A stretch of DNA of 64,000 bases from Mobula hypostoma (taxonomy: Eukaryota): the NCBI RefSeq assembly GCF_963921235.1, contig NC_086108.1, positions 70,992,001 through 71,056,000 on the forward strand. Reading direction: 5' to 3'. The notes beneath the pieces are model-generated. The model saw only the letters and a list, made by a program, of their open reading frames with translations. It searched no databases and was not told where the DNA came from. How positions within the stretch are numbered: the stretch's first letter is position 1; each line of letters starts with the position of its first letter. Of the stretch, positions 37,065-50,300 are shown piece after piece. The translations under genes were made by a program, and so were the position numbers.

Positions 37065-39195
37065 CTGCCTACATACAGGCAGACTCCAGAAATTAGGACA
37101 ACAGAGGACAGCTACAGGATTGCTGGTTTGGTGGACTGGGCCATATTCACAAACCCTTCTGTTGATCTGAATGATTACGCCATGGTTATCACAGACTTGG
37201 AACAAAAAACAGTTGTAGATGGGTGTGTCCCAACAACAACATTCAGAGTTTTCCCCAACCAGAAGCCTTGGATGAACCATAAGATCTGTATTCTGCTGAG
37301 GGCCAGATCAGAGGCATTCATGTTTGGTGACCAAGAAAGTTACAAGAGGTTCGGATATATCTGGAAAGGCAACTCACGGACAATGTGGCAATTCCAGACT
37401 AAACTTGAATCAATGAAGGATGCCTGACAGTTATGGCAGGGCTTAAATGCTATCACCTCTTATAAAATTAAATCAAGAGACATAGCTGACAACAGCGCTT
37501 TGCTTTCAGATAAGCTTAATGCCTTCTGTGCTCTCTTTGACTGTCAAAGTGTGGAGGAACCATCACAAACTCTCACTCCAGTGATCCTGTGATTTCAGTC
37601 TCTGAAGCTGATGTGCAAGCATCCTTTAGGAGGGTGAACCCATGAAAAGCATCCAACCCAGACAGGGTACTTAGCCAAGTGCTAAAGATCCATGCTCATC
37701 ACTGGCTGGTGTGTTCACTGAGATCTTTAACCTCTCGCTTCGGCAGTCTGAGGTACCCATCTGCTTCAAGCTGACTTCACTTATACCGATGCCTGAGAAG
37801 ACCGTGGTAACCTGCCTTAATGACTATCGTCCAATAGCACATACATTTTCTGATGAAGTTTTTTGAGAGGTTAATGTTGAAACATATCAAATCCTACCTT
37901 AGATGTGACTTGGATCTGCTCCAATTTGCCTACTGGCACAACAGGTCCACAGCAGATACCATCTCTTTGGCTCTTCATTCAACCCTGGAACATCTGGACA
38001 GCAAAGCTGCATACATCAGGATGTTCTTTATCAACTACAGCTTGGCATACAATACCATCATCCTCTCAAAATTAATCAATGAGCTTCAGAACCTTGGCCT
38101 CAATACCTCCTTGTTCAATTGATTCCTCGATTTCCTCACTTGCAGATCCCAGTCAGTATGGATTAGCAACAACATCTCCTCCCTGATCTCCATCAGCACA
38201 GGTGCACCCTCCTCTTATGGCTGTGTGGCTAAGCACATTTCAATTCCATACCAAGTTTGCTGATGACTCTATTGTCGTCGGCCAAGTCAAAGGTGGTGAT
38301 GAATTAGCATATAGGAGGGAGACTGGCTGAGTTGTGTCGCAGTAACAACATTTTACTCAATGTTAACAAGACCGAGGAACTGATTATTGACTTCAGAAGG
38401 AGAAAACAGAGGTCCATGAGCCAGTCCTTGTCGGAGGATCAAGGGTGAAGAGAGTCAGCAACTTTAAATTCCTCTGTGTTGTCAATTTGGAGGACTTGTC
38501 CTGGGCCCAGCATATAAGTGCAATTACGAAAAAAGGCACCTCTACTTACTAAGAGTTTGCGAAGATTTGGCATGACATCGAAAACCTTAACAAACTTATA
38601 TAAATGTGTGGTGGAGAGTACATATATTGACTGGCTGCAGCACAACCTGGTATGGAAACACCAATGCTCTTGAATGGAAACTCCTACAAAAAGTATTGGA
38701 TACGGCCCAGTCCGTCACAGGTAAAGTGTTCCCCACCATTGAGCACATCTACATGAAGTGTTGTTGCAGGAAAGCAGCATCCATAATCAGGGACCCCACC
38801 ACCCAGGTCACGTTCTCTTCTTGCTGCTGCCATCAGGAAGAAGGGACAGGAATCTCAGGACTTGCACCACCAAACTCAGGAGCAGTTATTACCCCTCAAC
38901 CATCAGGTTGTGGAACCATCAGGGATAAATTCACTTGCCCCATCACTGTAATTTTCCCAAGAACCTATGGACTCACTTTCAAGGACTCTTCACTATTATT
39001 ATTCTTTCTTTTTATATTTGCACAGTTTGTTGTCTTTGCACACTGGTTGAACGCTCAAGTTGGTGCAATCTTTCATTAATTCTATTATGGTTATTATCCT
39101 ATTGTGGATTTATTGAGTATTCCTGCAACAAAATGAATCTTGGGGTTGTATATGGTGACATATGTACCTTGATAATAAATTTACCTTGAACTTTA
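37065..39195 (+). mobile_element. Rex1/Babar-like LINE, decayed RT through 3' end
   Basis: FPNQKPWMN, MKFFERLML...QFAYWHNRSTADTI, KFADD at about 38253, and an AATAAA + TTGAAC-like tail at about 39174-39195. Confidence 0.85.
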
Positions 39196-39518
39196 TATTC
39201 CACAAGGACCCAGCCTTAAAGCCTTTTTTCCCCTGACTAAATTAAGGGCCTCTCAAATCTTCCAAATTTCCCTTGCCCTCTTTTCCCCTCCTTGCATGTT
39301 CCAGTAAGAAGTAAGAACAAATCCTGAACTTTGATTAGCTGGTCTTTAAATAACTGTCACGTGTCAGATGTGGACTTGTCCAGTAGATGCTACTTCCAAT
39401 TGATGACAATTAGCTATTTTCTTATCATGTCGTAATTTGCCTTCCCTCAATTTAGTACCTTCCTGCAAGATCCGATTCTATCCTTATTCATAAGTATTTT
39501 AAGACATAATGAGTTGTG

Positions 39519-39773
39519 TAGAGGTTTTGCTGGCTGCTCGCTCTGCAGAACCTACTTCCCCCTTGGCATAAAGGGGGCTGCAAAGAGAAGATCCATCAGG
39601 AGCATCACAGAAGCTGCTAAGTGTGCCTCCAAATGGCTCTGAATCCAGAGGTGTGACTGTGGACCAATGCTACTAGGACACGAGCTAAGGGCTGATCAAC
39701 CATGGCTGGGGGTGTCTGATGTTGAAATACCTGATGACCCCAGATAACATCACTGATGATGTATCTCAGCATC
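39519..39773 (+). mobile_element. Short 3' fragment of a HERO-like (restriction-like endonuclease) non-LTR element
   Basis: Translates to CRGFAGCSLCRTYFPLGIKGAAKRRSIRSITEAAKCASKWL*IQR. Flanked by AGTTGTG at 39512-39518 and 39774-39780 inside a CR1 remnant. Confidence 0.7.
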
Positions 39774-39914
39774 AGTTGTGACCACTGTTCCAACTATCAG
39801 GTCTGTCACCTGTTCTGGCTCATTTTCCAACATCAGTGCCAGTATGTTTTCTCCTCTAATTGGACTCTACATACTCTTTCAAGAACCCCTGTTGGGTGCA
39901 CTAACGAAATCCTG

Positions 39915-40040
39915 CCAACATAACGTGGTCACAGCCTACTAACCCTAACCGTTATGTCTTTGGAATGTGTGAGGAAACCACAGCACCTGGAGGAAATCCG
40001 CACAATCACAGTGAGAACGTACAAACTCTTTACAGACACT
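39915..40040 (-). mobile_element. V-SINE (HE1-like) core fragment
   Basis: Minus strand TGTCTGTAAAGAGTTTGTACGTTCTC...GATTTCCTCCAGGTGCTGTGGTTTCCTCACACATTCCAAAGAC resembles the conserved V-SINE domain. Confidence 0.7.
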
Positions 40041-42071
40041 CAATCCTGGAGAAATTAAGATTCCCTACAATGACAACCCCATTGTTTGTGCATCTTTCCG
40101 TTATTTGTCTATGTATTTGTTTCTCCACCTCTTGGCGACTTTTAGAAAGCTTGGAATAGAATCCCATCAGTGTAATTGCACCTAACCTATTTCTGAGCTC
40201 CATCCAAATTGTCTATGGGAATGACCCTTCCAGTGTGCCATTACCCTCAGCAACAAGTATACCCCTTTGGATATTACTGGGGGTTCTGACCTATTAGGGT
40301 ACAGGAGCAGCATCCAGGTTAATGACAGTTTGGCCAGCTCTGAGGCCCTGCAGGGAAGGGTAAAGGGTAAAGTAGGGCAGAGCAATCAATAGTGATGGGC
40401 GACTCAGTGGTTAGGGTAGACAGGAGATTCAGTGGCCATGAAAGGGACACCAGGATGATGTGTTGCCTTCCATGTGCTACGGTCCAAGGTACCTCAGAAC
40501 AGCTTCAGAATATTCTCAAAGTGAGCAGCCGGAGGTCATGGTGCACATTGGCATCAATGATAGGGGAAAAAGGGGAGGTATAGGGAATTAGGGAAGGGGC
40601 TGAAGAGCAGGACCTCCAAGGTAGTAATTTCTGCATTTCTCCCAGTGCCACGTGCTAGTCAGGGCAGGAGTGGGATAATAGTACAGGTGAATGAGCAGCT
40701 AAGGCAGGGGGCAGGTTTTCATGTTCTTGGATAATTGGAACCTTTTCTGAAGCAGGGGTGACCTGTGCAAAAGGGCAGATTGCACCTAAGCTGGAGGGAA
40801 ACCAATACCCTAGCTGGGAGGTTAGCTTGTGCTACTTGGGAGGGTTTAAATTAGTTTGGTGGGGGGTGGGAATGCAGAGCACCAGGACTTAAAGTGGACA
40901 GATGGAGAGGAAGGTAATGTCAGGGGCTAATAAAAACAAGCAGGAGTAAAGCAATAGATATGATGGGGTGGATAGCTCAAAGTGTGTGTGTTTTAATGCT
41001 AGGAGTATTAGGGGTAAAGATGATGAACAGAGCATGCTCACTATGATATTGTGGCCATTACAGAGACTGGATTGAGAGAGGGACAGGAATGGGTGCTTAA
41101 TGTCCCACGGTTTCAATGTTTTAGAAAAGGTGGAGAGAAAGGTAAAAGAGATTGGGGAGTTGCACTACTAATCAAGTTCAACATCAGAGCTGCACTCAGA
41201 GGGAACAAAATGGAGGGCTTGTCTACTGAGTGGGTAGAACTCAAAAATAGGAAGGGATTATACTACAAACCTTCCATTAGCCACTGGGACATTGAGGAAC
41301 AGGTAGGCGGGCAGATTAAGGAATGGTGTAAAAACAACAGGGGACTTCACCTTCCCTGATATAAACTGGGACTTCCTGAGTGTAAGAAGTTTAGATGGGG
41401 CAGAATTTGTTAGGTGCATCCAGGAGGATTTCAGTATCAATATAAGAGAGGTGGTACTGGATTTTATATTGGGTAATGAACCTGGCCAGGTGACTGACCT
41501 TTCAGTGGGTGAACAGTTACAGGACAGTGATCACAACTCCTTAAGTTTAAGATAGCTATAGATAAAGGATGAGTATGGACCTTTGTGGGAGAGTGTTAAA
41601 CTGGAGCAGGGTAAATTATGAGACCATTAGGCAGGAGCTAGAGAGAGTTAATTTGGAACGGTTGTTTTTAGGCAAGTCCACATTGGATGTGTGGAGGGTG
41701 TTTAAGGACCAACTGGACAGAATACAGGACAGAAAGAAGCAAAGAGAAGGATGGCAAGCTAAGACAACCATGGATGTCGAGAGAGGTGATGAATTTAATG
41801 AAGAAAAAGAAGTATGTAAAGCTTAGGAAGCCAGCATCAAACAGAGCCCTTGAGGATTATAAAGAAGCCAGAAAAGAACTAAGAAGGGAATTAGGAAAGC
41901 CAAGAGGGTCCAAGATAAGTCATTGGCAAGTTGGATTAAAGAGAATCCCAAGGAATTCTATGCATACATCATGAGCAAGAAAATAGCTAGGGAAAGAGTA
42001 GGACTACTCGAGTAGAAAGGGCTTGGATGTGGAGGATGTGAGTGAGGTCCTTAATGAGCACTTTACACCAG

Positions 42072-43010
42072 TTCATTATCCTCCGCAACTTCCGCCACCT
42101 TCAACAGGTCCTCACCACTAAGCACATCTTTCCCTCTCCACCCGTCTCTGCTTTCCGCAGGGTTCGGTCCCTCCGCGACTCCCTGGTCCACACGTCCCTC
42201 CCCACGGATTTCCCACCCGGCACTTATCCCTGTAAACGCAAGTGCTACACCTCCTCTCTTGCCACCATTCAGAGCCCCAAACAGTCCTTCCAAGTGAGGC
42301 AACACTTCACTTGTGAGTCTGTTGGGGTCACCTATTGCATCTGGTGCTCCCGGTGAGGCCTCCTCTACATCGGTGAAACCTGACGCAGATTGGAGGACCG
42401 CTTCGTCGAGCACCTCCGCTCCGTCCGCCAAAACAGACAGGATCTCCCAGTAGCCACCCACTTCAACTCTGCTTCCCACTCCCATTCAGATATGTCCATA
42501 CATGGCCTCCTCTACTGCCATGATGAGGCTAAACTCAGGTTGGAAGAGCAACACCTCATATACCGTCTAGGTAGTCTCCAGCCCCTTGGTATGAACACAG
42601 AATTCTCCAACCTGGTAAATCCCTCCCCCTCCCTTCCTCTATCCCTATTTCACTCTGCCCCCTCCCTCAGCTGCCTATCACCTCCCTCATGGTTCCGCCT
42701 CCTTCTACTACCCATTGTGTTTTCCCCTATTCCTGCTTCACCTTTCCTGCCTATCACCTCCCTGCTTCCCCTCCCCCCACCCCTTTGTCTTTCCCCTTAC
42801 TGGTTTTTCACCTGGAACCTACCAGCCTTCTCCTTCCCACCCTCCCCCCCACCTTCTTTATAGGGCCTCTGCCCCTTCCCTCTACAGTCCTGACAAAGGG
42901 TTCCGGCCGGAAACGTCAACTGATCTTTTCCACGGATGCTGCCCGACCTGCTGAGTTCCTCCAGCATGTTGTGAGTGTTGCTTTGACCCCAGCATCTGCA
43001 GAATATTTTG
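42072..43010 (+). mobile_element. Relatively young Penelope-like element 3' part (GIY-YIG endonuclease + pseudo-LTR)
   Basis: FTCESVGVTYCIWCSR*GLLYIGET*RRLEDRFVEHLRSV...PVATHFN...LEEQHLIYRLGSLQPLGMN, with many CpGs retained. Confidence 0.9.
42885..42922 (+). ncRNA. Degenerate minimal type I hammerhead ribozyme motif in the Penelope terminal repeat
   Basis: CAGTC-CTGACAA-A-GGGTTCCGGCCG-GAAA-CG-TC-AACTG: stem I, a CUGAnGA-like core with one change, stem II, GAAA and a GUC cleavage triplet. Confidence 0.7.
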
Positions 43011-44863
43011 TGAAGAGATTACTGGGGTCCTGACCAAAATCTGCATGCCCTCTTGCGCCATAGTGAGGTTCCAGAGGACTGGCGAGTATCTAATGTTGTT
43101 CCATTATTCAAGAAGGGTAGCAGGGATAATGCTGGAAACTATTGACTGGTGAGTCTCACATCAGTGGCAGAGAAGTTACTGGAGAGGATTCCAGGGGTAG
43201 GATTTATGAACATTTGGAAAACCATAGCCTAACTAAGGAGAGTTGGCATGGCTTTGCGCAGGGCAAGTCATGTTTTACTAACTTGATTGAGTATTTTGAT
43301 GAGGTGATGAGGGTGTTTGATGAAGGTAGAGCTGTGGATGTTGTTTTCTTTGGTATTGTTTACATTGATTTTAGTAAGGCAAGCCCCTCATGGGAGGCTC
43401 ACCCAGAAGATTAAGATGCATCTGATGCATGGTGAATTAGCTGTTTGGATTCAGAACTGGTTTACCACTAAAAGACAGGGACTAATAGTCGAAAGGACAC
43501 TCTAGTTGGAACTCTGTGATTAGTGGTGTTCAGCAGGGATCTGTACTGGAACCCCCACTGTTTGTCATGTATTTAAATAACCTGAATGAAAATGTTGCTG
43601 GGTGGGTTAGTAAGTTTGCAGATGATATGATGGTGTTGTGGATAGTTTAGAAGACTGGTAAGGAATACAACGGGACATAGATCATTTTCTGATATAGGCA
43701 GAGAAATGGCAGATGGATCTTAAACTGACCAAATGTGAGGTGTTGTGCTTTGGTAGGTCAAATGCAAAGAGGCAATACACAGTTAAGGGCAAGATCCTTA
43801 AAATTGTTGATGTCTAAGTTCTTACCTCCCTGAGAGTAGCTGCATAGGTTGATAGGATGGTGAAGAAGGCATATAGTATACTTGCCTTTATTAGTCCGAT
43901 TCAAAAGTCAGGAAGTTACGTTGCAGCTTTATAAAACTCTAATTAAGCCGCATCTGGAGTGTTGCAAACAGCGCTTGTTACCTCATTATAGGAAGATGTC
44001 GAGGCTTTGGAGAGGGTCTAGAAAAGGTTTACCAAGAAGTTGCCTGGATTAGAGGACATACTAAAATGAGAGGTTGGACAAACTGTTTTCTCTGGAACGA
44101 TGGAGGCTGAGCGGAGATCTAATAGAGGTTTATAAGATTATGAGAGGTATAGGACGGGGTTGAAATGTATAGTACCAGAGGGCGTGTACTTAAGGTGAGA
44201 GGGGGTAATTTCAAAGGAGATATGAGGGGCAATTTTTTTTTACACAGAGCGTGATGGGTGCCTGGAATGTTCTGCCTGGGATGGTGGAAGAGGCAGTAAC
44301 ATTGGAGACTTTTAAGAGATATTTAGATAGGCATATGAATGTGAGGAAAATGAAAGGATATGGACATTGTTTAGGCAGAAGTGATTAGTTAGCCATTAAA
44401 TTATTTATTTAATTAGTTCAGTATAACATTGGACAGAGTTCATTCTGTGGGTTACGCAGTCAGTAAGATACTAAGCTGCTGAGATATCTCCTTCAAATTG
44501 AATATTTTACTTTACTAGTTTGCCCTACTTTTTGTAGTTTAGATGTTTACAGAGGACTGGCACATTAGTATATAAATTCTAAAAATAAATATCAAACTTT
44601 ATATCGGTATATGACTGTATATGCTACTTAAGAGAATTAGGTGCTTTGAATGGTGGGACCAGGTGAGAGTAAGAGTTCGGCACGGACTAGAAGGGCCGAG
44701 ATGGCCTGTAATTGTTATATGGTTATATGAATGTGCCTGTTTTCATTCATCTATTTTGAATGTGTGGACTACTCCTGGAATTTGAGTACCAAAATGTTAT
44801 CATGTATCATGTGGATTTTCTCTTCCTTAATTTTAATGCTTGGTTCTTTTTGGGAACCTACAG

Positions 44864-45004
44864 ATATGTAAACACGTTACTAAAGCTGATCCCACAAGTC
44901 TTGCAGCTGCAGGAGCAGCTGAGACAAGCTGTCCAAAATGGAGATATGGAAACATCACATGGCATCTGCAGAATCGCTGTGGCACTTGGAGAAAATCACT
45001 CAAG
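44864..45004 (+). CDS. IPO13: Importin-13 coding exon 3 (141 nt)
   Basis: Acceptor CTACAG|A, translation YVNTLLKLIPQVLQLQEQLRQAVQNGDMETSHGICRIAVALGENHSR, donor AAG|GTTTTG. Phases fit exons 2 and 4. Confidence 0.95.
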
Positions 45005-46044
45005 GTTTTGCTATTTACCTTTTACATTTCAGTCTTGTTTTGTCAGTTATTACAATGCATTCAGCTCATCTGGATAATCATGTGAAACTAAAATTAAAAC
45101 CTACTGTATTTTGCTTTTCTTGAACAAATAACCTGCTTGGGTTTCAAATATTTAGAGAGAGCTTTTTAAATAGGTATCATCACATCTTCCTATGTTGTTT
45201 AATCCAGCAAGTGACACGCTTATTATACAAGTCTTAACATTTGGGAGAATTTGTGTTTAAATAAACAAAAGTAGTCGAAGTGAGAAACCCTTTCGGAACT
45301 GCTGATGTGAAAATGTTGGAAATATTCTGAGTTTTTGGGAGTGTGAAGTACAATGTGTATTTCAATGTGAAGAAATTTTATCACTAGATAAAGCAAATGT
45401 ATCAGCATCTCAACCAATAAATTAACTTTTGCCAAAATAACAGAGTAATAATTTATCAATTTGATAATTAAGAGATTTGAAGAGGGAGTAATTAGGCTTG
45501 GGGACAAGAAGAGTAAAACTCCATGTTTTAGTTCTCAAACTAAACAAAGCATGGCCATTGGAAAAATAACAAAGTATAAACTTTATAACATAGGAGTATG
45601 GGCTGGAGGCAAGAGCCTACCCAGTCAATTTGTTGATTACTACTAGGCAAAGTTAATTACTGTATTGTCCAGTTGTTTGTACAGGAAGGGAAAGCAATAT
45701 TTTTGTTATACAAATCTGAATGTAAAAAAGTTTTTGAATATGTATATGGAAAGATATGTAGGTAATTTCTGTGACCTTACTGATGGTCTATATATTTGGT
45801 ATAATGCACTTTTTAAATCAAATTACTTTATTATTCTGAGCAGTTTGGTTGCAACAAGACCTGAACCATCTATCAGTATTCAAATGGTAATGATGTTAAA
45901 ATACCAGTTTTTAAATATTTACTATTACACTCAATTAATGTAAAGCTTTCACAGTCTATGAGTTACCTTTTGTTTTTTTTTTGCCACTTCTGAATTATGT
46001 TTATTGATAACGTTCTTAACCAAAGCTTCTTGCTTTCTGTGCAG

Positions 46045-46186
46045 AACGTTGTTGGAGCAAGTAGAACACTGGCAGACCTTTCTTGCACTTGTCAACATGA
46101 TCATGTTTTGTACAGGAATACCAGGTCACTACCCAGTGAATGAAACTACCAGCTCTTTAACCCTTACCTTCTGGTATACTCTGCAG
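46045..46186 (+). CDS. IPO13: Importin-13 coding exon 4 (142 nt)
   Basis: Acceptor GTGCAG|A, translation TLLEQVEHWQTFLALVNMIMFCTGIPGHYPVNETTSSLTLTFWYTLQ, donor CAG|GTATGA. Confidence 0.96.
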
Positions 46187-47374
46187 GTATGAAGAATATA
46201 CTTATAGTCTTCTAAAAACCAAACATATCATGCGAACTGCTGTTGCATAATAATGAATAGTGTGATTCTTCTCATGGCTTTGCATTGTTGTATATAGAGA
46301 AGTATTTGATTTTTGGATTTTACAAGAAAAATCAACACCACTTTTGTTTAAGGTGTGCTTCCTAACCTCTTGATTATTTCTTCCTTTACTTGTTTCAGAA
46401 TGCCAGCATCCAGATTGTCTTGCTTTTAGTTTTAGATTATAAATGTTTCTTCAGAACCCTGCAGAATGGATCTTCTGAAATCAGAATCAGGTTTATTATC
46501 TCTGACATAATGTTTTGAAGTTTGTTGTTTTGCAGCAGCAGTGCAGTGCAATATATATAAATTTTATTACAGACCACAATGAGAACTAGATATAAAAATA
46601 ATTAGTGCAAAAAGAGAGCAGATAGTGTAGTGTTCGTGGTCTGTTCAGAAATCTGATGGCGGAGAGTAAGAAGCTGTTCCTAAAACTTTGAATGTGAATC
46701 TTCAGGCTTAATGGAGGGGTATTTGTTTCATGTGTATTTCCACTGTTTCCTCATAAATGGCCTCCAATAGCTCATTTATTACTTCATGGGTAAGTCCATG
46801 ATTCCAATCTACTTGGGCAGGATCATCTTTCTCAAGCAACTGAAATTTGTCTTTTTCCAGAAAAATGAATTAGCATTTCATTTCTCTTCACTCTTATTCG
46901 TAACTACTGTGAACCCGAAGATATGGTCAGTTTCCCATACGCTCTTCGTCTGAGACATTCTTTGGTTCAGGATTTAAAACTACATTGTATTTTAAAATTC
47001 TGCTTATTCCACAGGTTATGTGCAGTTACAACAGTTTAAAAAAATGTTATTTGTTGCACATCAAGTCAGGAAAGGTAAAAAAAAAACTACATCACTGTGT
47101 CGAATTTCTAATTATTACCTTTCTGCTTGAAATTGGTGATGTACTCATTACCAGTGCCTTGTGTATCTGGAGTACAGATTTTTAACTATAATTAAAAAGT
47201 GGAAAGGTGCACCACATTTAATTATCACATTTTGATGCAAAGACACTTGGTGAGATTCATTTTTTTTCTGAAATGCCTTTCATTAAATTCACACTCCTGA
47301 GTGAATTTATAATTAGAAATTTTGCACAGTGAACTGTTATTTCTTACCTGTCACTGTATTATGCAGCTAGTGAT

Positions 47375-50300
47375 TTGTGGATGCACTGAAGGTTGAGTCG
47401 GCGGTAAGACAATAGGTGCGGGAATAGGCCATTCGGCCCTTCGAGCCAGCACCGCCATTCACTGTGATCATGGCTGATCATCCATAATCAGTATCCAGTT
47501 CCTGCCTTATCCCCATAACCTTTGATTCTGCTATCTTTAAGAGCTCTATCCATCTCTTTCTTGAAAGCATCCAGAGACTTGGCCTCCACAGCCTTCTGGG
47601 GCAGAGCATTCCATATATCCACCACTCTCTGGGTGAAAAAGTTTTTCCTCAACTCTGTTCTAAATGGCCTACCCCTTATTCTTAAACTGTGGCCTCTGGT
47701 TCTGGACTCGCCCATCAGTGCGAACATGCTTCCTGCCTCCAGCATGTCCAATCCCTTAATAATATTATATGTTTCAATAAGATCCCCTCTCTGCCTTCTA
47801 AATTCCAGAGTATGCAAGCCCAGTTGCTCCAATCTTTCGACATATGACAGTCCCACACCTTGTGAACCTACGCTGCACTCCCTCAATAGCAAGAATGTCC
47901 TTCCTCAAATTTAGAGACCAAAACTGCACACAGTACTCCAGGTGTGGTCTCACCAGGGCCCTGTACAGCTGCAGAAGGACCTCTTTGCTCTTATACTCAA
48001 TTCCCCTTGTTATGAAGGTCAACATGCCATTAGCTTTCTTCACTGCCTGCTGTACTTGCATGCTTGCTTTCAGTGATTGATGTACAAGAATACCTAGATC
48101 TCGTTATGCTTCCCCATTTCCTAACTTGACTCCATTTAGATAATAATCTGCCTTCCCGTTCTTATATCCACATTAAACTGCATCTGCCATGCATCTGCCC
48201 ACTCACCCAGCCTGTCCAAGTCACCCTGTATTCTCATAACATCCTCCTCACATTTCACACTGCCACCCAGCTTTGTGTCATCGGCAAATTTGCTAATGTT
48301 ACTTTTAATGCCCTCATCTAAATCATTAATATATATTGTAAACAGCTGTGGTCCCAGCACTGAACCCTGCAGTACCCCACTGGTCACCACCTGCCATTCC
48401 GAAAGGGACCAGTTAATCGCTACTCTTTATTTTCTGTCAGCTAGCCAATTTTCAATCCATGTCAGTACCCTGCCTCCAATACCATGTGCCCTAATTTTGC
48501 CCACTAATCTCTTATGTGGGACTTTATCTAAGGCTTTCTGAAAATCCAGGTACACTACATCCACTGGCTCTCCCTTGTCCATTTTCATAGTTACATCCTC
48601 AAAAAATTCCAGAAGATTAGTCAAGCACAATTTCCCCTTCGTAAATCCATGCTGACTCGGACCAATCCTGTTACTGCTATCCAGATGTGTCGTAATTTCA
48701 TCTTCTATAATTGACTCCAGCATCTTTCCCACCACCGACGTCAGGCTAACCGGTCTATAATTCCCTGTTTTCCCTCTTCCTCGCTTCTTGAAGAGAGGGA
48801 CAACATTAGCCACCCTCCAATCCACAGGAACTGATCCTAAATCTATAGAACATTGGAAAATGATTACCAATGCGTCCAAGATTTCTAAAGCCACCTCCTT
48901 AAGTACCCTGGGATGCAGACCATCAGCTCCCAGGGACTTATCAGCCTTCAGACCCAACAGCCTATCCAACACCATTTCCTGCCTAATATAAATTTCCTTC
49001 AATTCATCCATTACCCTCGGTCCTTTGGCCACTATTACATCTGGGAAATTGTTTGTGTCTTCCCTAGTGAAGACAGATCCAAAGTACCTGTTCAACTCGT
49101 CTGCCATTTCGTTGTTCCCCATAATAAATTCACCCGCTTCTGTCTTTAAGGGCCCAATTTTGGTCTTAACTATTTTTTTCCTTTTCACATACCTAAAGAA
49201 GCTTTTACTATCCTCCTTTATATTCTTGGCTAGTTTACTTTCGTACCTCATTTTTTCTCCACGTATTGCCTTTTCAGTTACCTTCTGTTGCTCTTTAAAA
49301 GTTTTCCAATCCTCTGGCTTCCCACTCATCTTTGCTATGTTATACTTCTCTTTTATTTTTATACTGTCCATTACTTCCCTTGTCAGTCACGGCTTCCCCT
49401 TACTCCCCTTAGGATCTTTCTTCCTCTTTGGAACGAACTGATCCTGCACCTTCCGCATTATTCCCAGAAACACTTGCCATTGCTGTTCCACTGTCATCCC
49501 TGCTAGGGTATTGTTCCATTGAACTTTGGCCAGCTCCTCCCTCATAGCACCGTAGTTCCCTTTGTTCAACTGTAATACTGACACTTCCGGGTTTCCCTTC
49601 TCAAATTGTAGATTAAAACTTATCATATTATGGTCACTACCTCCTAATGGCTCCTTTACCTCGAGGTCCCTGATCAAATCTGGTTCATTGCACAGCACTA
49701 AATCTAGAATTGCATTCTCTCTGGTAGGCTCCAGTACAAGCTGTTCTAAGAATCCATCTTGGAGGCACTCCACAAACTCCCTTTCTTGGGGTCCAGTACC
49801 AACCTGATTCCTCCAGTCTACCTGCATGTTGAAGTCTCCCATAACAACTGTAGCATTACTGTAGCATTAGCAAGGAGGAAGGTAAATACAATGTTAGCAT
49901 TCACTTTGTGAGGACTCGAGCAAGGATGTGATACTGAGGCTTTATGAGGCATTGGTCAGACCACACTCAGAGTATTGTGAGCCCCTTATCTAAGAAAGGA
50001 TTTGCTGGCATTGGAGAGGGTCCAGAGGAGGTTCATGAGAATGACTCCAGGAATGAAAGGGTTGACATATGAGGAGCCATTTGATAGCCCTGGGCCTGAA
50101 CTTGCTGGAGTTTTGAAGATGGGATGGGGTGGGTTCTAATGGAAACCAATTTACTGTTGAAAAGCCTAGATAGACCAGGTGTGGTTGAGTCTAGGACCAG
50201 AAGGCACAGCCCAGAATAGAGGGACGTTCATTTATAACAGAGTGAGGAGGAAATTTTTTAGCCAGAGGGTGATGAATCTGTGGAATTCATTAACACAGAC

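Larger units (their letters stand above)
40250..44430 (+). mobile_element. Long decayed CR1 LINE (ORF1 esterase remnant, APE, RT, 3' UTR)
   Basis: MGDSVVRVDRRF (ORF1), AITETGL, HGFAQGKSCFTNLIEYF, QGSVL and KFADD at about 43612. Interrupted by a Penelope element. Confidence 0.85.
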
